Assembly: GCA_017601395.1 (NCBI GenBank)
Contig: JAFNIQ010000003.1
Location: forward strand, 661 to 64,660
Length of the DNA stretch: 64,000 bases
Source: Candidatus Brockarchaeota archaeon
GTDB taxonomy: Archaea > Thermoproteota > EX4484-205 > JAAOZP01
Direction: 5' to 3'
Part shown: in pieces, positions 36,507-46,017 of the stretch
Layout: each line of letters opens with the position of its first letter
Numbering within the stretch: the first letter of the stretch is position 1
Made by a program: the position numbers and the translations under genes
The notes under the pieces: model-generated
Database searches by the model: none
What the model was told of the DNA's origin: nothing
The model's input: the letters and a program-made list of their open reading frames with translations, nothing else

Positions 36507-36966
36507 GTTTCTCGTTGACAGTATGCATGGCTACGTTGCCAAATGGCTTAGGATAATGGGCTATGACACACTGTACCTGAATAGTGTTAATGATGAGGAT
36601 ATTGTTCAACTGGCTTTAGGCGATCGTGTGCTCGTGACTTCCGACGAAGAGCTCGCGAAAATAGCTGAGAGAAAGGGTGTTGAAGTGGTTTTAACTAAGG
36701 GTTTAACGGAGGAGGAGGTGTTAAGGCTCCTGGTGGAGAGGTTTAAGCTGTTTTTCCAGGGGGGTTCTTTAAGATGCACGGTTTGCAACGGTGAGCTTGA
36801 GCCCTTGCCTCCTGAAGAGGCTGAGAAAAATCCTGAGGCGCCTAAAAACGTGGATTTGATCTGGAGGTGCAAGTCGTGTGGCAAGTTATACTGGAGGGGA
36901 TCTCACTGGAGGAATATTTCGCGACAGATTTTAAAGCTGACAGGTTCAGAGCCGTCGCATGCTTAA
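36496..36966 (+). CDS. Mut7-C / DUF82 PIN-like RNase-fold protein with C-terminal zinc ribbon
   Basis: FLVDSMHGYVAKWLRIMGYDT N-terminus and a C-terminal CTVCNG...CKSCG motif. TTG start overlaps the upstream gene. Confidence 0.65.
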   Translation: MDPRFLVDSMHGYVAKWLRIMGYDTLYLNSVNDEDIVQLALGDRVLVTSDEELAKIAERKGVEVVLTKGLTEEEVLRLLVERFKLFFQGGSLRCTVCNGELEPLPPEEAEKNPEAPKNVDLIWRCKSCGKLYWRGSHWRNISRQILKLTGSEPSHA

Positions 36967-37068
36967 TGCTTAAATACTTTCTCTCCATAGGATTCTCCGG
37001 CAGATGAAAACCGCCTCAAAAATCTGATTAGGGATGAGGATAAGATGGGCGGATTGATGCCATGACGC

Positions 37069-37725
37069 ATGGGAGCTTATCAGCATTCTTTAAGTTTAAA
37101 AATAGAGTTGACGATGCGCATAAAAACATGCTTAACATTCCTCTTGACCATGCTTTTCAATACTTGCCTTAACACGTGTGCAAACCCTTCGACAACGGTT
37201 TGGGGAAACGAGACTCATGTTTCAATGCGTGTAACAGCTTTCCTCTGCAACAGGACGCTTGTTGAACTATGCTTGACTAACAACGTGTCTTTAACGGTTT
37301 TCAGGCCTGAATCTTTTAACACATTAGCTCAGGATTCCACTCTGCTCGTTGAATACGATGCGAGGTTTTCAGGCTCACCCCCGGGTGGAGCGATTATTGA
37401 GGATACTGGTGGTTTTTCTCAAAAACATCAGGCAACATGCTTGCAGACCATAGTTTTTTTCACAGCAGGGTTAATACTCCTAGTCTTAAACATTATTGGC
37501 TTTAGAAAAAGCGAGAAGGAGCTTTTAAAAAACATGGAGAACGGTTTCACCCCGCCTGAGGGCTCAAGGTTGAGCGAGGAGGCGCTGTTGCTCCTGGCTT
37601 CCAGGAACCCGGATGCCTACAGAAGGGTTTTAGAAATGGTTTTGAAGGGGGAGTTGAAGGTTGAAAAAACAGGATGGATGGGGAAGGTGCTGGCTAGAGT
37701 TAGACGGCTTTTCAGACAGCAGTAG
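37069..37725 (+). CDS. Hypothetical Cys-rich secreted/membrane protein
   Basis: N-terminal hydrophobic segment, several Cys, a central TM helix, and a charged C-terminus. Confidence 0.4.
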   Translation: MGAYQHSLSLKIELTMRIKTCLTFLLTMLFNTCLNTCANPSTTVWGNETHVSMRVTAFLCNRTLVELCLTNNVSLTVFRPESFNTLAQDSTLLVEYDARFSGSPPGGAIIEDTGGFSQKHQATCLQTIVFFTAGLILLVLNIIGFRKSEKELLKNMENGFTPPEGSRLSEEALLLLASRNPDAYRRVLEMVLKGELKVEKTGWMGKVLARVRRLFRQQ

Positions 37726-37816
37726 ATTCGGTTAAGCCTCCACCAGAAACCAGACTATTTTATTTTGATACAAACCTAACAAAACCTTTAAAACGCTTGG
37801 TTAAGAAGCAACACAG

Positions 37817-40390
37817 ATGCTGAAGGATACTGCGGTAATACTTGCTGCAACACTACTCCTCTTAACAATCCTAATAATGCCCGTCAGGATTGAGGCTGAA
37901 GGGTGCTTCACACCCGCTTACAACGCTTCCTTCTCAAACAATCTAAACATATCTCCTTCAGGCTACTTTACGGGCTCAGGAACATACGGTTTCTCCACAT
38001 ACGGTTTCCAGGGATATTGCCTAAGCATAAACGTCACCTCCGGGGCTCGCGGTTACATATATTCTGTCTTCAACGCTAAGGGTTCCTTCAAAACGAGCTT
38101 CACCCTTAAGATAAACAATGGCACGAGCTTCAATTTCACCAAGATAATCCTCATGCTTACGGATTCTTCAACCTACGAGGTTAAGCTCGGCTTTGTTAAC
38201 GATAGCGCGCGCGCCAAGCTGGTGGCCTACAGGGGGGATAGGAGGAATGACGGTGCAACTTTCTCGACTGGAAAATGGTATAATTTAACCGTGTGGCTGG
38301 ATGCTTCGTCAGATGCTTTAACAATACTCTACAATGGAAGTCAAGCATTCCCCTCTCCTATTGCGACCGGTGTTAAACTTTTTCTCGTGAAGCAGGTGAA
38401 CTTCTCCCTCGGCGTTGTCGACCCGCCTCAGGAAGTTGTGAAAACGTTTTTCGACGAGTTCTCCATGCTCCTCTCCCCGATAATCCTCACGGATAAGCCC
38501 GTCTACACTTCTTCCAGCAGTGTCCAGGTGAAGATTAGTGGAGACCAGTTTCCAACGTCCCCCTTTGATCTGAAGATACTCCACCCGAACGGTTCTCTTC
38601 TAAGCACTGAGCATTTAACCACCAACACTACTGGGGGTTTCTCCCGCACGATTAGCCTTGCAAACCCTTCTCCAGGAACCTACACCATGCGGGTTAACAC
38701 GAGTGGCTGCTTCACCGAGTATCACTTCGGCGTCTGGGATGCTCCGCGAGTCTGGGAGCGGAAGTCGATAATCCTAGTTAAGGCGGGTGGGCTGATGCGC
38801 AGCGGGTCTGCGACGCTCTACTTGAAAAACTCGACGCACGTGGTTTTCAGCCAGAGGCTAGAGACGGATTCCAAGGGTGAAGTAAGCAAGCAGATAACTG
38901 TTCCCGTGGATATTCAGCTCGGCGTTCTTTCAGCCTTCATAGAGTGCGACGATGCGTTGGACTTCAAAAACATGAGGGTGGTTACGGATGCTCTGCAAGT
39001 CACCCTGGTTAAGGCAGTTTTAAACGTGACTGTAGTCTTAGACGCCACGACTTATGAAAGGGTTAAACCGATAAACGTGACTGTTCGGGTTAAATACAAG
39101 GATGGTTCAAGCCTGCCTTGGAACGGGGTTGTAAGGCTGAAACTGGTCTACGGCGGGGTTGAAGGCAGGGAAATATTCATGGATTACACGCATGACGGCT
39201 ACTGGTTTAAGAGTATTAAGACGGATCCGTCAGACCCGTTGGGGAGCTATGTGGTCAAGGTGGAGGCCTCAGACCAGTATGGTAACGCTGGCTCCGGAAA
39301 CAGGACTTTTACCCTCACCGCTGCTAAGCTGAGGATTACTTTAAAAAACCAGCTTAACGAGACTTATGAGAGGTCTGTTAGGCTAAACGTTTCGGTTAGC
39401 GTCGCATACCCTGATGGGACACTCCTGCCATCCGGCAGCGTGACTCTTGAACTCATCAAGGACCAGTATAGAAAGGGCCCGTTTAACTTCAACAAGACCG
39501 GCTTGGGGGAGTGGAGTATATCCTGGAAGATTCAGGCGCGCGAGGAAACCGGGGAATGGGTTCTCAGGGTAACGGCAGTAGACGGGGTGGGAAACAGTGG
39601 GGATTTCTCGTGGGAAATAAGGATTGTTCCGGCTAGGCTAAGCATACAGCTATTAAACCCGCTTGAAAGCACTTTCTCCAGGACCCAGAAAATACCTGTC
39701 AACGTGGTGGTGAAGTATCCTTCTAAGGAGATTCTTACGCTGGAGAACGTTTCTCGAGATAAAGGGGCCTTCGTGGATGCTAAGCTGGTTCATAATGGTG
39801 TTGCGCAGGCTCTCGCCCAGCTGAGGTTCTCAGCCGGAGCTTGGGTTGGAAACATCAGTGCTCCAAGGGATGCTCCAATAGGACAGTACGTGTTGAACGT
39901 CACTGTTAAAGACTCTTTTGAAAACTACGGTTTCTACACGGTTCCCGTTGAAATAACCAGGGCTGTTCTAAGCTTTGAAATGGAGGATTTGAAGGAGAGT
40001 TATCAAGCCGGGTTTGAAACGGTTTCTTTAAGAACCGTCGTTAAATACCCGGATTCTTCAAGGCTTGAAGACGGGGATGTGACCGCGGTGGTTTCATCCG
40101 GCACCCTGACGAGCGTCATAAGTCTCAGATACCAGGGTGGCAAGTGGGTTGGAGACTATTATCTTCCAGTTACTAATCCGGTTGGAGAGTACAGGGTGGT
40201 GATCAACGCCACTGATCCTTACGGCAATACTGGTGTTAAAGAGGCTTTCTTCAAAGTGAGCAACCTGTACTTGATCCTTGTGGTCATAAGCTTCGCCGTC
40301 GTCTTGGCCGTTTCAGTATCGCTGCTCTGGATAAGGAGGCGTAGGCCGCAGCCTCCTCCAGCCTCGGAGGAGTATGACGTTCTAGCATAG
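37817..40390 (+). CDS. Large surface (S-layer-associated or adhesin-like) glycoprotein with N-terminal signal peptide, four tandem Ig-like repeats, and a C-terminal TM anchor plus Arg-rich tail
   Basis: Signal peptide MLKDTAVILAATLLLLTILIM. More than 30 N-x-S/T sequons. The C-terminal anchor LILVVISFAVVLAVSVSLLWIRRRRPQPP resembles an archaeosortase/PGF-CTERM-type anchor. Confidence 0.65.
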   Translation: MLKDTAVILAATLLLLTILIMPVRIEAEGCFTPAYNASFSNNLNISPSGYFTGSGTYGFSTYGFQGYCLSINVTSGARGYIYSVFNAKGSFKTSFTLKINNGTSFNFTKIILMLTDSSTYEVKLGFVNDSARAKLVAYRGDRRNDGATFSTGKWYNLTVWLDASSDALTILYNGSQAFPSPIATGVKLFLVKQVNFSLGVVDPPQEVVKTFFDEFSMLLSPIILTDKPVYTSSSSVQVKISGDQFPTSPFDLKILHPNGSLLSTEHLTTNTTGGFSRTISLANPSPGTYTMRVNTSGCFTEYHFGVWDAPRVWERKSIILVKAGGLMRSGSATLYLKNSTHVVFSQRLETDSKGEVSKQITVPVDIQLGVLSAFIECDDALDFKNMRVVTDALQVTLVKAVLNVTVVLDATTYERVKPINVTVRVKYKDGSSLPWNGVVRLKLVYGGVEGREIFMDYTHDGYWFKSIKTDPSDPLGSYVVKVEASDQYGNAGSGNRTFTLTAAKLRITLKNQLNETYERSVRLNVSVSVAYPDGTLLPSGSVTLELIKDQYRKGPFNFNKTGLGEWSISWKIQAREETGEWVLRVTAVDGVGNSGDFSWEIRIVPARLSIQLLNPLESTFSRTQKIPVNVVVKYPSKEILTLENVSRDKGAFVDAKLVHNGVAQALAQLRFSAGAWVGNISAPRDAPIGQYVLNVTVKDSFENYGFYTVPVEITRAVLSFEMEDLKESYQAGFETVSLRTVVKYPDSSRLEDGDVTAVVSSGTLTSVISLRYQGGKWVGDYYLPVTNPVGEYRVVINATDPYGNTGVKEAFFKVSNLYLILVVISFAVVLAVSVSLLWIRRRRPQPPPASEEYDVLA
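39011..40260 (+). repeat. Four tandem, roughly 100-aa Ig-like repeats at protein level within the surface protein gene
   Basis: Recurrent pattern xV(K/A)YPDGxxLPxGxV...GxW...P.GxYxVxVxAxDxYGNxG across four consecutive segments. Boundaries are approximate. Confidence 0.4.
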
Positions 40391-40570
40391 TGCAGCATGC
40401 ACAAAGGGTTCCATTCCGCAGCATTGTTTGCTTCGTTACGCTAGGTTCAGGGCTGGTGGACCTCTACCATGACATGCCTTAGGTCTGCTTCACTATTTCA
40501 TCGCCGCCTTAGTGAAGCATGTTAACAGGGGTCAGTAAGCCTTTTCTCTGAGCATTTAGAAGTAGAGAGT

Positions 40571-40957
40571 ATGCCTAGGAGGGGCCGGAGGGGTAGGCAG
40601 ACGCATAAAGGGACTACAATACTTTTTAAAGCTGGCAGGGTCCCCGCTACCGTTGACGAGATGTTTTCCAGGGTTTTCTGGAGAAGCCCGCTTTTAGCTT
40701 CTGAGGCGAAGGTTTTCTGCGAGGAGCTTGTCTCCAGGGGGTCTTCAGGCATGAGTGTGAGCGAGTGGAAAAGCTGGGTGGTGAGAAGAAGGATCACGGT
40801 GGGCCAGTTTTACAACATGATTAGGGGGCTTGTGGGAGCCGGGATAGTGGAGAAAAGAGAAGGATCATGGCATATAAGCACAGGCTTCCTAAGGGAGCTT
40901 GAACAGTTCATAATAATTTACACGGCTTTCACCAGTTTCAAGCACAGGCTTGGCTAA
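40571..40957 (+). CDS. Hypothetical winged-helix DNA-binding protein with Arg-rich N-terminus
   Basis: ITVGQFYNMIRGLVGAGIVEKREGSWHIS is winged-helix-like. Confidence 0.4.
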   Translation: MPRRGRRGRQTHKGTTILFKAGRVPATVDEMFSRVFWRSPLLASEAKVFCEELVSRGSSGMSVSEWKSWVVRRRITVGQFYNMIRGLVGAGIVEKREGSWHISTGFLRELEQFIIIYTAFTSFKHRLG

Positions 40958-41157
40958 TGCTTTCTCCTACCCGTCTTCTCGTTTTCAACAACCAGCTTGT
41001 CGCCAACTATTTTCACGATGAGCCTGCCCTTCTTTCTCAGGGGGAAAGCTGAATCGTTAACAACCTTACTCGGCAAATACAGCATCGTTGCAGAGTATGT
41101 TTTCCCGCTCAGCCTCTTGTTAAGCACGTATAGCCTGGTGCTCGCCTTCTTAACCAT
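40954..41157 (-). CDS. Small AbrB/SpoVT/MazE-like swapped-hairpin protein
   Basis: LPSKVVNDSAFPLRKKGRLIVKIVGDKLVVE resembles the AbrB-type beta-hairpin motif. 67 aa. Confidence 0.4.
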   Translation of the reverse strand: MVKKASTRLYVLNKRLSGKTYSATMLYLPSKVVNDSAFPLRKKGRLIVKIVGDKLVVENEKTGRRKH

Positions 41158-41227
41158 CCCGGCTTAGTTAGCTGGTTTAGGGTAGTTAAAGGTTTATCTC
41201 TGCCTTCGAACAATCCGACTCGTCTCC

Positions 41228-41989
41228 TTGGGGCTCGTGGATGCGCATGCACATTTGAGCGACAGCTCTTTCGAGGCGGACCTGGATAGTGTCGTGTTGA
41301 AAGCCAGGGAGAACGGTTTAGCCGCTATCGTGGACTGTGGACTAGGCAAGGATGGTGGTTTAAGGTCCCTGAGGATTTCGGAAAGATTCAGGGGCTATGT
41401 TTACTCGACAATCGGTATCGACTATGGAGCACCTTTCTCTTTCAGCCATGAGGAAGTTATGCGGCTCATTCTGGATAATAAGAGTAGGATAATCGGAGTT
41501 GGCGAGGTGGGCCTAGACTACTATACGGTTAGGAGTCGCGAGGACAGGGATAGGCTTATCAGGGTTTTCGAAGATTTCATAGAGCTCGCTAAAAAGCTTG
41601 ATGTGCCGATTATAGTTCACTCTAGAAGCGCTGGGAGAGATGCTATCGACATTCTGGTTGAAAACAATGCTAAGAGGGTTTTGATGCATGCTTTCGACGG
41701 GAAGGCCTCGTATGCTATGAAGGGTGTTGAAGCAGGCTTCTTCTTCAGCATTCCACCCTCAATAGTGAGGTCGCCGCAGAAGCAGAAGCTTGCGGCTAGG
41801 CTGCCGTTGGAAAACATTCTGCTGGAGTCCGACTCGCCGGTTCTCGGGGTTGACCCGTTTAAGAGGAATGAGCCTGCAAACATAGTTTTCAGCCTCAGGG
41901 AGATAGCTAGGGTTAAAAAAGTCGACCCGGATACTGTTGCTGAGGAAACTACTAGAAACGCTCTCAAGCTTTTTGGGTTGAAAATATGA
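41228..41989 (+). CDS. tatD: TatD-family metal-dependent hydrolase (DNase)
   Basis: LVDAHAHL, VGEVGLDY, HSR and ESDSP motifs. TTG/GTG start is approximate. Confidence 0.8.
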   Translation: MGLVDAHAHLSDSSFEADLDSVVLKARENGLAAIVDCGLGKDGGLRSLRISERFRGYVYSTIGIDYGAPFSFSHEEVMRLILDNKSRIIGVGEVGLDYYTVRSREDRDRLIRVFEDFIELAKKLDVPIIVHSRSAGRDAIDILVENNAKRVLMHAFDGKASYAMKGVEAGFFFSIPPSIVRSPQKQKLAARLPLENILLESDSPVLGVDPFKRNEPANIVFSLREIARVKKVDPDTVAEETTRNALKLFGLKI

Positions 41990-42585
41990 TGTTTTTCGCG
42001 GGCATTGATCTAGCCGGGGTTGAGACCAGGCCGAGCGGCTTCGCAGTCCTAGATGAGTCTCTAAGCGTTGAAACAATGATCCTGCACACGGATGCGGAGA
42101 TCCTGAGGGAAGTTTCACGTTTCAACCCTGCGGTTGTTGCGGTTGATGCACCGCTCTCCCTGCCGAGGGGAAGGGTCAGCCTTGAGGTTAGGAGTAGTGT
42201 TCACCTTAGGGATTGCGACAGGGAGCTTTTGAGAAGAGGCATAAGGTTTTTCCCCGTTACATTGGGGCCGATGCGCTCCCTGACGGAAAGAGGTATCAGG
42301 CTTAAGAAGACGCTTTGCTCCTCTGGTTTCAGGATTATAGAGGTTTATCCCGGCGGAGCCCAGGATATCCTTAGGATACCGCGCAAATCACGGGGCGTCG
42401 ACGGGCTTCGGAAAGGACTGGCGCGTTTTATAGCAAGGGGGCTGGAAAATGCGGCGACTCATCATGAGCTTGACGCGGTTACTGCTGCACTCGTGGCGAA
42501 AATGTTTTACGATGGTGATTACGAGGCCTACGGGGATCCTGATGAAGGCCTTATAGTGATGCCTCGGTGGGAAAACAGGGGTTAG
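41986..42585 (+). CDS. Predicted RNase-H-fold nuclease (DUF429/COG2410-like)
   Basis: N-terminus FAGIDLAG...AVDAPLSLP is typical of the RNase-H-like family. The ATG overlaps the tatD stop. Confidence 0.5.
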   Translation: MMFFAGIDLAGVETRPSGFAVLDESLSVETMILHTDAEILREVSRFNPAVVAVDAPLSLPRGRVSLEVRSSVHLRDCDRELLRRGIRFFPVTLGPMRSLTERGIRLKKTLCSSGFRIIEVYPGGAQDILRIPRKSRGVDGLRKGLARFIARGLENAATHHELDAVTAALVAKMFYDGDYEAYGDPDEGLIVMPRWENRG

Positions 42586-42634
42586 GATAAGGTTTATCAA
42601 CGCTATCCTACGCACACCTTTTGAAGGAGCCTGA

Positions 42635-45283
42635 GTGATGTCAGGGGAGCCCTACAGGTTCTACACTGTTAAGAGTTCGCTTGAGGATGTTGTTAAGATA
42701 CTCCACCCTATAGTTGGAGAATGGTTGAGAAGCAGGTTCAAAGGGCTGAGCCCGCCACAGTCCTACGGGATAATGCCCATTAGAAGGGGTGAGAACACTC
42801 TAATCTCTGCACCAACCGGAAGCGGTAAGACGCTCGCATGCTTCCTAACGATTCTGGACGATCTGATTAAAATGGGTTTTGAAGGCAGGCTTGAAGACAG
42901 GGTTTACTGCGTTTATGTTTCTCCCCTCCGGTCTTTAAACAATGACGTGAGGAAGAATCTTTCACAGCCTTTGGAAGAGTTGAGGAGGCTTGCCGAAGAG
43001 AAAGGGGTCTCGCTTCCAGAGATAAGGATCCACGTTAGGACGGGCGATACTAAAACCTCTGAAAGAGGAAGAATGCTTAAGAAGCCTCCTCACATACTCA
43101 TAACTACTCCTGAAAGCCTATCTATAATTCTCGTAGCGCCGAAGTTCAGGTCTTTCCTAAAGGGTGTCAAGTGGGTTGTAGTGGACGAGATACACGAGCT
43201 CTGCAGTTCTAAGAGGGGTGCCCACCTCTCCCTAAGCCTTGAAAGGCTGAGAAGCTTTTCCGGCCAAGATTTCCAGAGAATAGGCCTATCCGCAACCATC
43301 CATCCTTTGGAGAAGATTGCTGCCTACCTGGCCGGATATGAGGATTCTTCGCCGCGGCCCTGCACCATAGTGGATGTTCATGCTTCGAAGAAGTTCGAGC
43401 TTAAAGTCGTGTCGCCGCACCACGACTTGGTTCACACGCCTGCTGAAGAGCTCAGCAGAAGAATGTACAGGTTGATAAACGAAATCATAAAGCGTAACAG
43501 GACTACTCTAATCTTTACAAACACGCGGAGCAGCACCGAGAGGGTAGTATACCATCTTAAGAAGCTCAGGCCTAAAACCGTGTTGAGCGAGGACGAGTAT
43601 GCTGCTCACCATTCCTCTCTCTCGCGCGAGGTTAGGCTGGACGTTGAAGACAGGTTGAAGAAGGGGAGGCTTAAGGCTGTCGTCACCAGTACCTCGCTTG
43701 AACTAGGGATAGACATCGGCTTCATAGACTGCGTTGTCCAAATAGGCTCACCCAAGTCCGTGACCCGGGCTATTCAAAGAGTTGGGCGCTCGGGCCATTC
43801 TCTCGAGGCTGTTTCAAAAGGTATTTTCATACCGATGGAGAGGGATGACCTGCTAGAGGTTCTCGTCATGTCTAAGGCTGCTGAAGCAGGAAAGCTTGAC
43901 GAAGCCTATATTCCGGAGAATCCTCTCGACGTTTTAGCCCAGCATATCGTAGGCATGGCTGTTGAGAGGAAATGGAGGATTGACGAGGCTTATGGTCTCG
44001 TCAGGAGATCATACAATTTCAGAAACCTTGGAAGAGAGGATTTCGTAAGCGTCCTGAGGTATTTAAGCGGGTATTACAGGCAGCTCGAGGGATACAAGGT
44101 TTACGGGAAGATTTGGCTTGACGAGGCTGACGGGGTTTTCGGGAGAAGGGGTAATCTCGCCAGGGTGATCTACATGACTAACACCGGTACGATACCCGAC
44201 ATGGCGATGGTTAAGGTTTTCACTAGGGATAACAGGCCTGTTGGAAACATTGAGGAGGAGTTTTTCGAAAGGCTTTCCCCGGGGGACATCTTCCTGTTGG
44301 GAGGCAGGCCGTACAGGTGTTTGAAAAGCCGTTTGATGAAGCTTATCGTCGAGCCTGCTGAAGGTGAGAAGCCGACTGTGCCCCAATGGTTCTCCGAGAT
44401 GCTTCCCCTCTCCTACGACTTGGCGAGCATGATAGACGAGTTTAGGATAAGAGAGCTCCAGACGATCCTGTTCGACAGGAAGGAGGACAGGGTTAAGCAA
44501 TACATGGAGTATTTCAAGATAGACAGGAAAACTGCCGTCGCCCTCTACGACTATCTTAGGATAACCGCGGAATACTTTAACAACATAGGCATACTCCCGT
44601 ACATCAGGAGGGGCTCGCTAATAGTCGAGAACTATGTTGACGTATCGGGTAGGCAGATTGTTGTTTTCCACAGCCTAGTCGGGAGAAGGGTTAACGACGT
44701 GCTTTCAAGAGCGTTCGCAGTAGCTGCGTCAAACCTGCTCGGAACCGTTTCAATACAGATCGCGGTGAGCGATAATGGCTTCCTGCTGATACTTCCGCCC
44801 AAATACAGGGTTGATCCTGAAAAGATTGTTAGATCAGTGAATTCTTCAAACCTTCAGGAGCTCGTCGTCTCTTCGATTGAAAAGACAGACATGTTGAAAC
44901 ATAGATTTAGACATGTTGCTGTAAGGAGCTTCATGATCCTTAGGAACTATAAGGGTCACGAGGTGATGGTTTCTAAACTCCAGTTGAACTCCGAGCATGT
45001 TCTTAAGGCTGTGAAGGATTTGAAGGATTTCCCGGTTATGAGGGAAACCTACAGGGAGATCCTTGAGGATGTCATGGATATTAAGAACGCGATGAGGTTC
45101 GTAACGGAGCTTGAAAAGGGTGTGAGGAGCCCGCTGGTCTGCAGGCCTAACAGGATTGCTTCACCCCTATCCCACTCGCTGCTTGTTTCAAGCTTCTCCG
45201 ATGTTGTGCTCATGGAGGATAAGAGGACGCTTCTAGAGAGGCTTCACAGGGAGGTTCTTGCGGCAATACATGCTGCTGACTGA
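42635..45283 (+). CDS. lhr: Lhr-core family large ATP-dependent DEAH helicase
   Basis: Motif I APTGSGKTLA, motif II VVDEIHEL, SAT, motif VI QRVGRSGH, plus a long C-terminal winged-helix/domain-4 region. 882 aa. Confidence 0.85.
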   Translation: MMSGEPYRFYTVKSSLEDVVKILHPIVGEWLRSRFKGLSPPQSYGIMPIRRGENTLISAPTGSGKTLACFLTILDDLIKMGFEGRLEDRVYCVYVSPLRSLNNDVRKNLSQPLEELRRLAEEKGVSLPEIRIHVRTGDTKTSERGRMLKKPPHILITTPESLSIILVAPKFRSFLKGVKWVVVDEIHELCSSKRGAHLSLSLERLRSFSGQDFQRIGLSATIHPLEKIAAYLAGYEDSSPRPCTIVDVHASKKFELKVVSPHHDLVHTPAEELSRRMYRLINEIIKRNRTTLIFTNTRSSTERVVYHLKKLRPKTVLSEDEYAAHHSSLSREVRLDVEDRLKKGRLKAVVTSTSLELGIDIGFIDCVVQIGSPKSVTRAIQRVGRSGHSLEAVSKGIFIPMERDDLLEVLVMSKAAEAGKLDEAYIPENPLDVLAQHIVGMAVERKWRIDEAYGLVRRSYNFRNLGREDFVSVLRYLSGYYRQLEGYKVYGKIWLDEADGVFGRRGNLARVIYMTNTGTIPDMAMVKVFTRDNRPVGNIEEEFFERLSPGDIFLLGGRPYRCLKSRLMKLIVEPAEGEKPTVPQWFSEMLPLSYDLASMIDEFRIRELQTILFDRKEDRVKQYMEYFKIDRKTAVALYDYLRITAEYFNNIGILPYIRRGSLIVENYVDVSGRQIVVFHSLVGRRVNDVLSRAFAVAASNLLGTVSIQIAVSDNGFLLILPPKYRVDPEKIVRSVNSSNLQELVVSSIEKTDMLKHRFRHVAVRSFMILRNYKGHEVMVSKLQLNSEHVLKAVKDLKDFPVMRETYREILEDVMDIKNAMRFVTELEKGVRSPLVCRPNRIASPLSHSLLVSSFSDVVLMEDKRTLLERLHREVLAAIHAAD

Positions 45284-46013
45284 CGATGTTGAGATAGTTG
45301 AGTTCGAACCAGCCCTCTACGTAAAATCCCTGGACGCTATCGTCGTAGCCGATATTCACCTCGGCCTAGAATGGGAGCTTGAGGAGAAAGGAGTACACAT
45401 CCCCTTCCCGACATATGCTCCGGTAGTCAAGTCGTTGAGAAACATGTTCAACTACAGGTCTGCTAAGAGACTTATAATCCTCGGAGATATAAAGAACGAG
45501 TTTGGAGACATAAATCCTGAGGAATGGACGCAGGTTCAGGATTTTGTTAACGATGTTCGCAGCTTGGGCGCTGAGCCGCTGCTGGTTAGGGGAAACCATG
45601 ACAATTTCGTGAGGATTGTTTTAAGGAGGCTTAACGTGGAGTTTCAGGACCCGCCTCTGAGGTTTGGGAAATACTTTCTGATACATGGAGACAGGGAACA
45701 CGAGTTGCCTGGAGGCGGGAGCACCGTTCTCATGGGTCATGAACACCCTGTTGTCTCAATAAGGGACTCAATAGGGGTTAAACACCGGTTTAAAAGCTTC
45801 CTCTACGGTGAGCACAGGGGGGTGAAGATAATAGTACTCCCCTCGATGAACCCTTTGACAATGGGGATGGCGGTGAACGAGGTTGATGCGAATAGTCTTC
45901 TTTCCCCCATCCTTAGAAAAGTCGACCTGATGTCGTTTACACCCGTGCTTCTAGCTCAGGGAGAAGGGTTGAAAGCCTTCCCTAGGCTCGGCAGCTTGGC
46001 TGCGCACTGGTGA
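45270..46013 (+). CDS. Metallophosphoesterase (MPE-like) co-transcribed with Lhr
   Basis: VVADIHLG, GDIKNEF, RGNHD and GHEH motifs. ATG at 45270 overlaps the lhr stop. Confidence 0.7.
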   Translation: MLLTDDVEIVEFEPALYVKSLDAIVVADIHLGLEWELEEKGVHIPFPTYAPVVKSLRNMFNYRSAKRLIILGDIKNEFGDINPEEWTQVQDFVNDVRSLGAEPLLVRGNHDNFVRIVLRRLNVEFQDPPLRFGKYFLIHGDREHELPGGGSTVLMGHEHPVVSIRDSIGVKHRFKSFLYGEHRGVKIIVLPSMNPLTMGMAVNEVDANSLLSPILRKVDLMSFTPVLLAQGEGLKAFPRLGSLAAHW

Positions 46014-46017
46014 AGCG

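Noticed and set aside
38950-40260. Possible nucleotide-level tandem repeats in the surface protein gene
   Set aside because: The repeats are evident only at protein level and the DNA copies are too diverged to call a DNA repeat family. They are recorded as a protein-level repeat instead.
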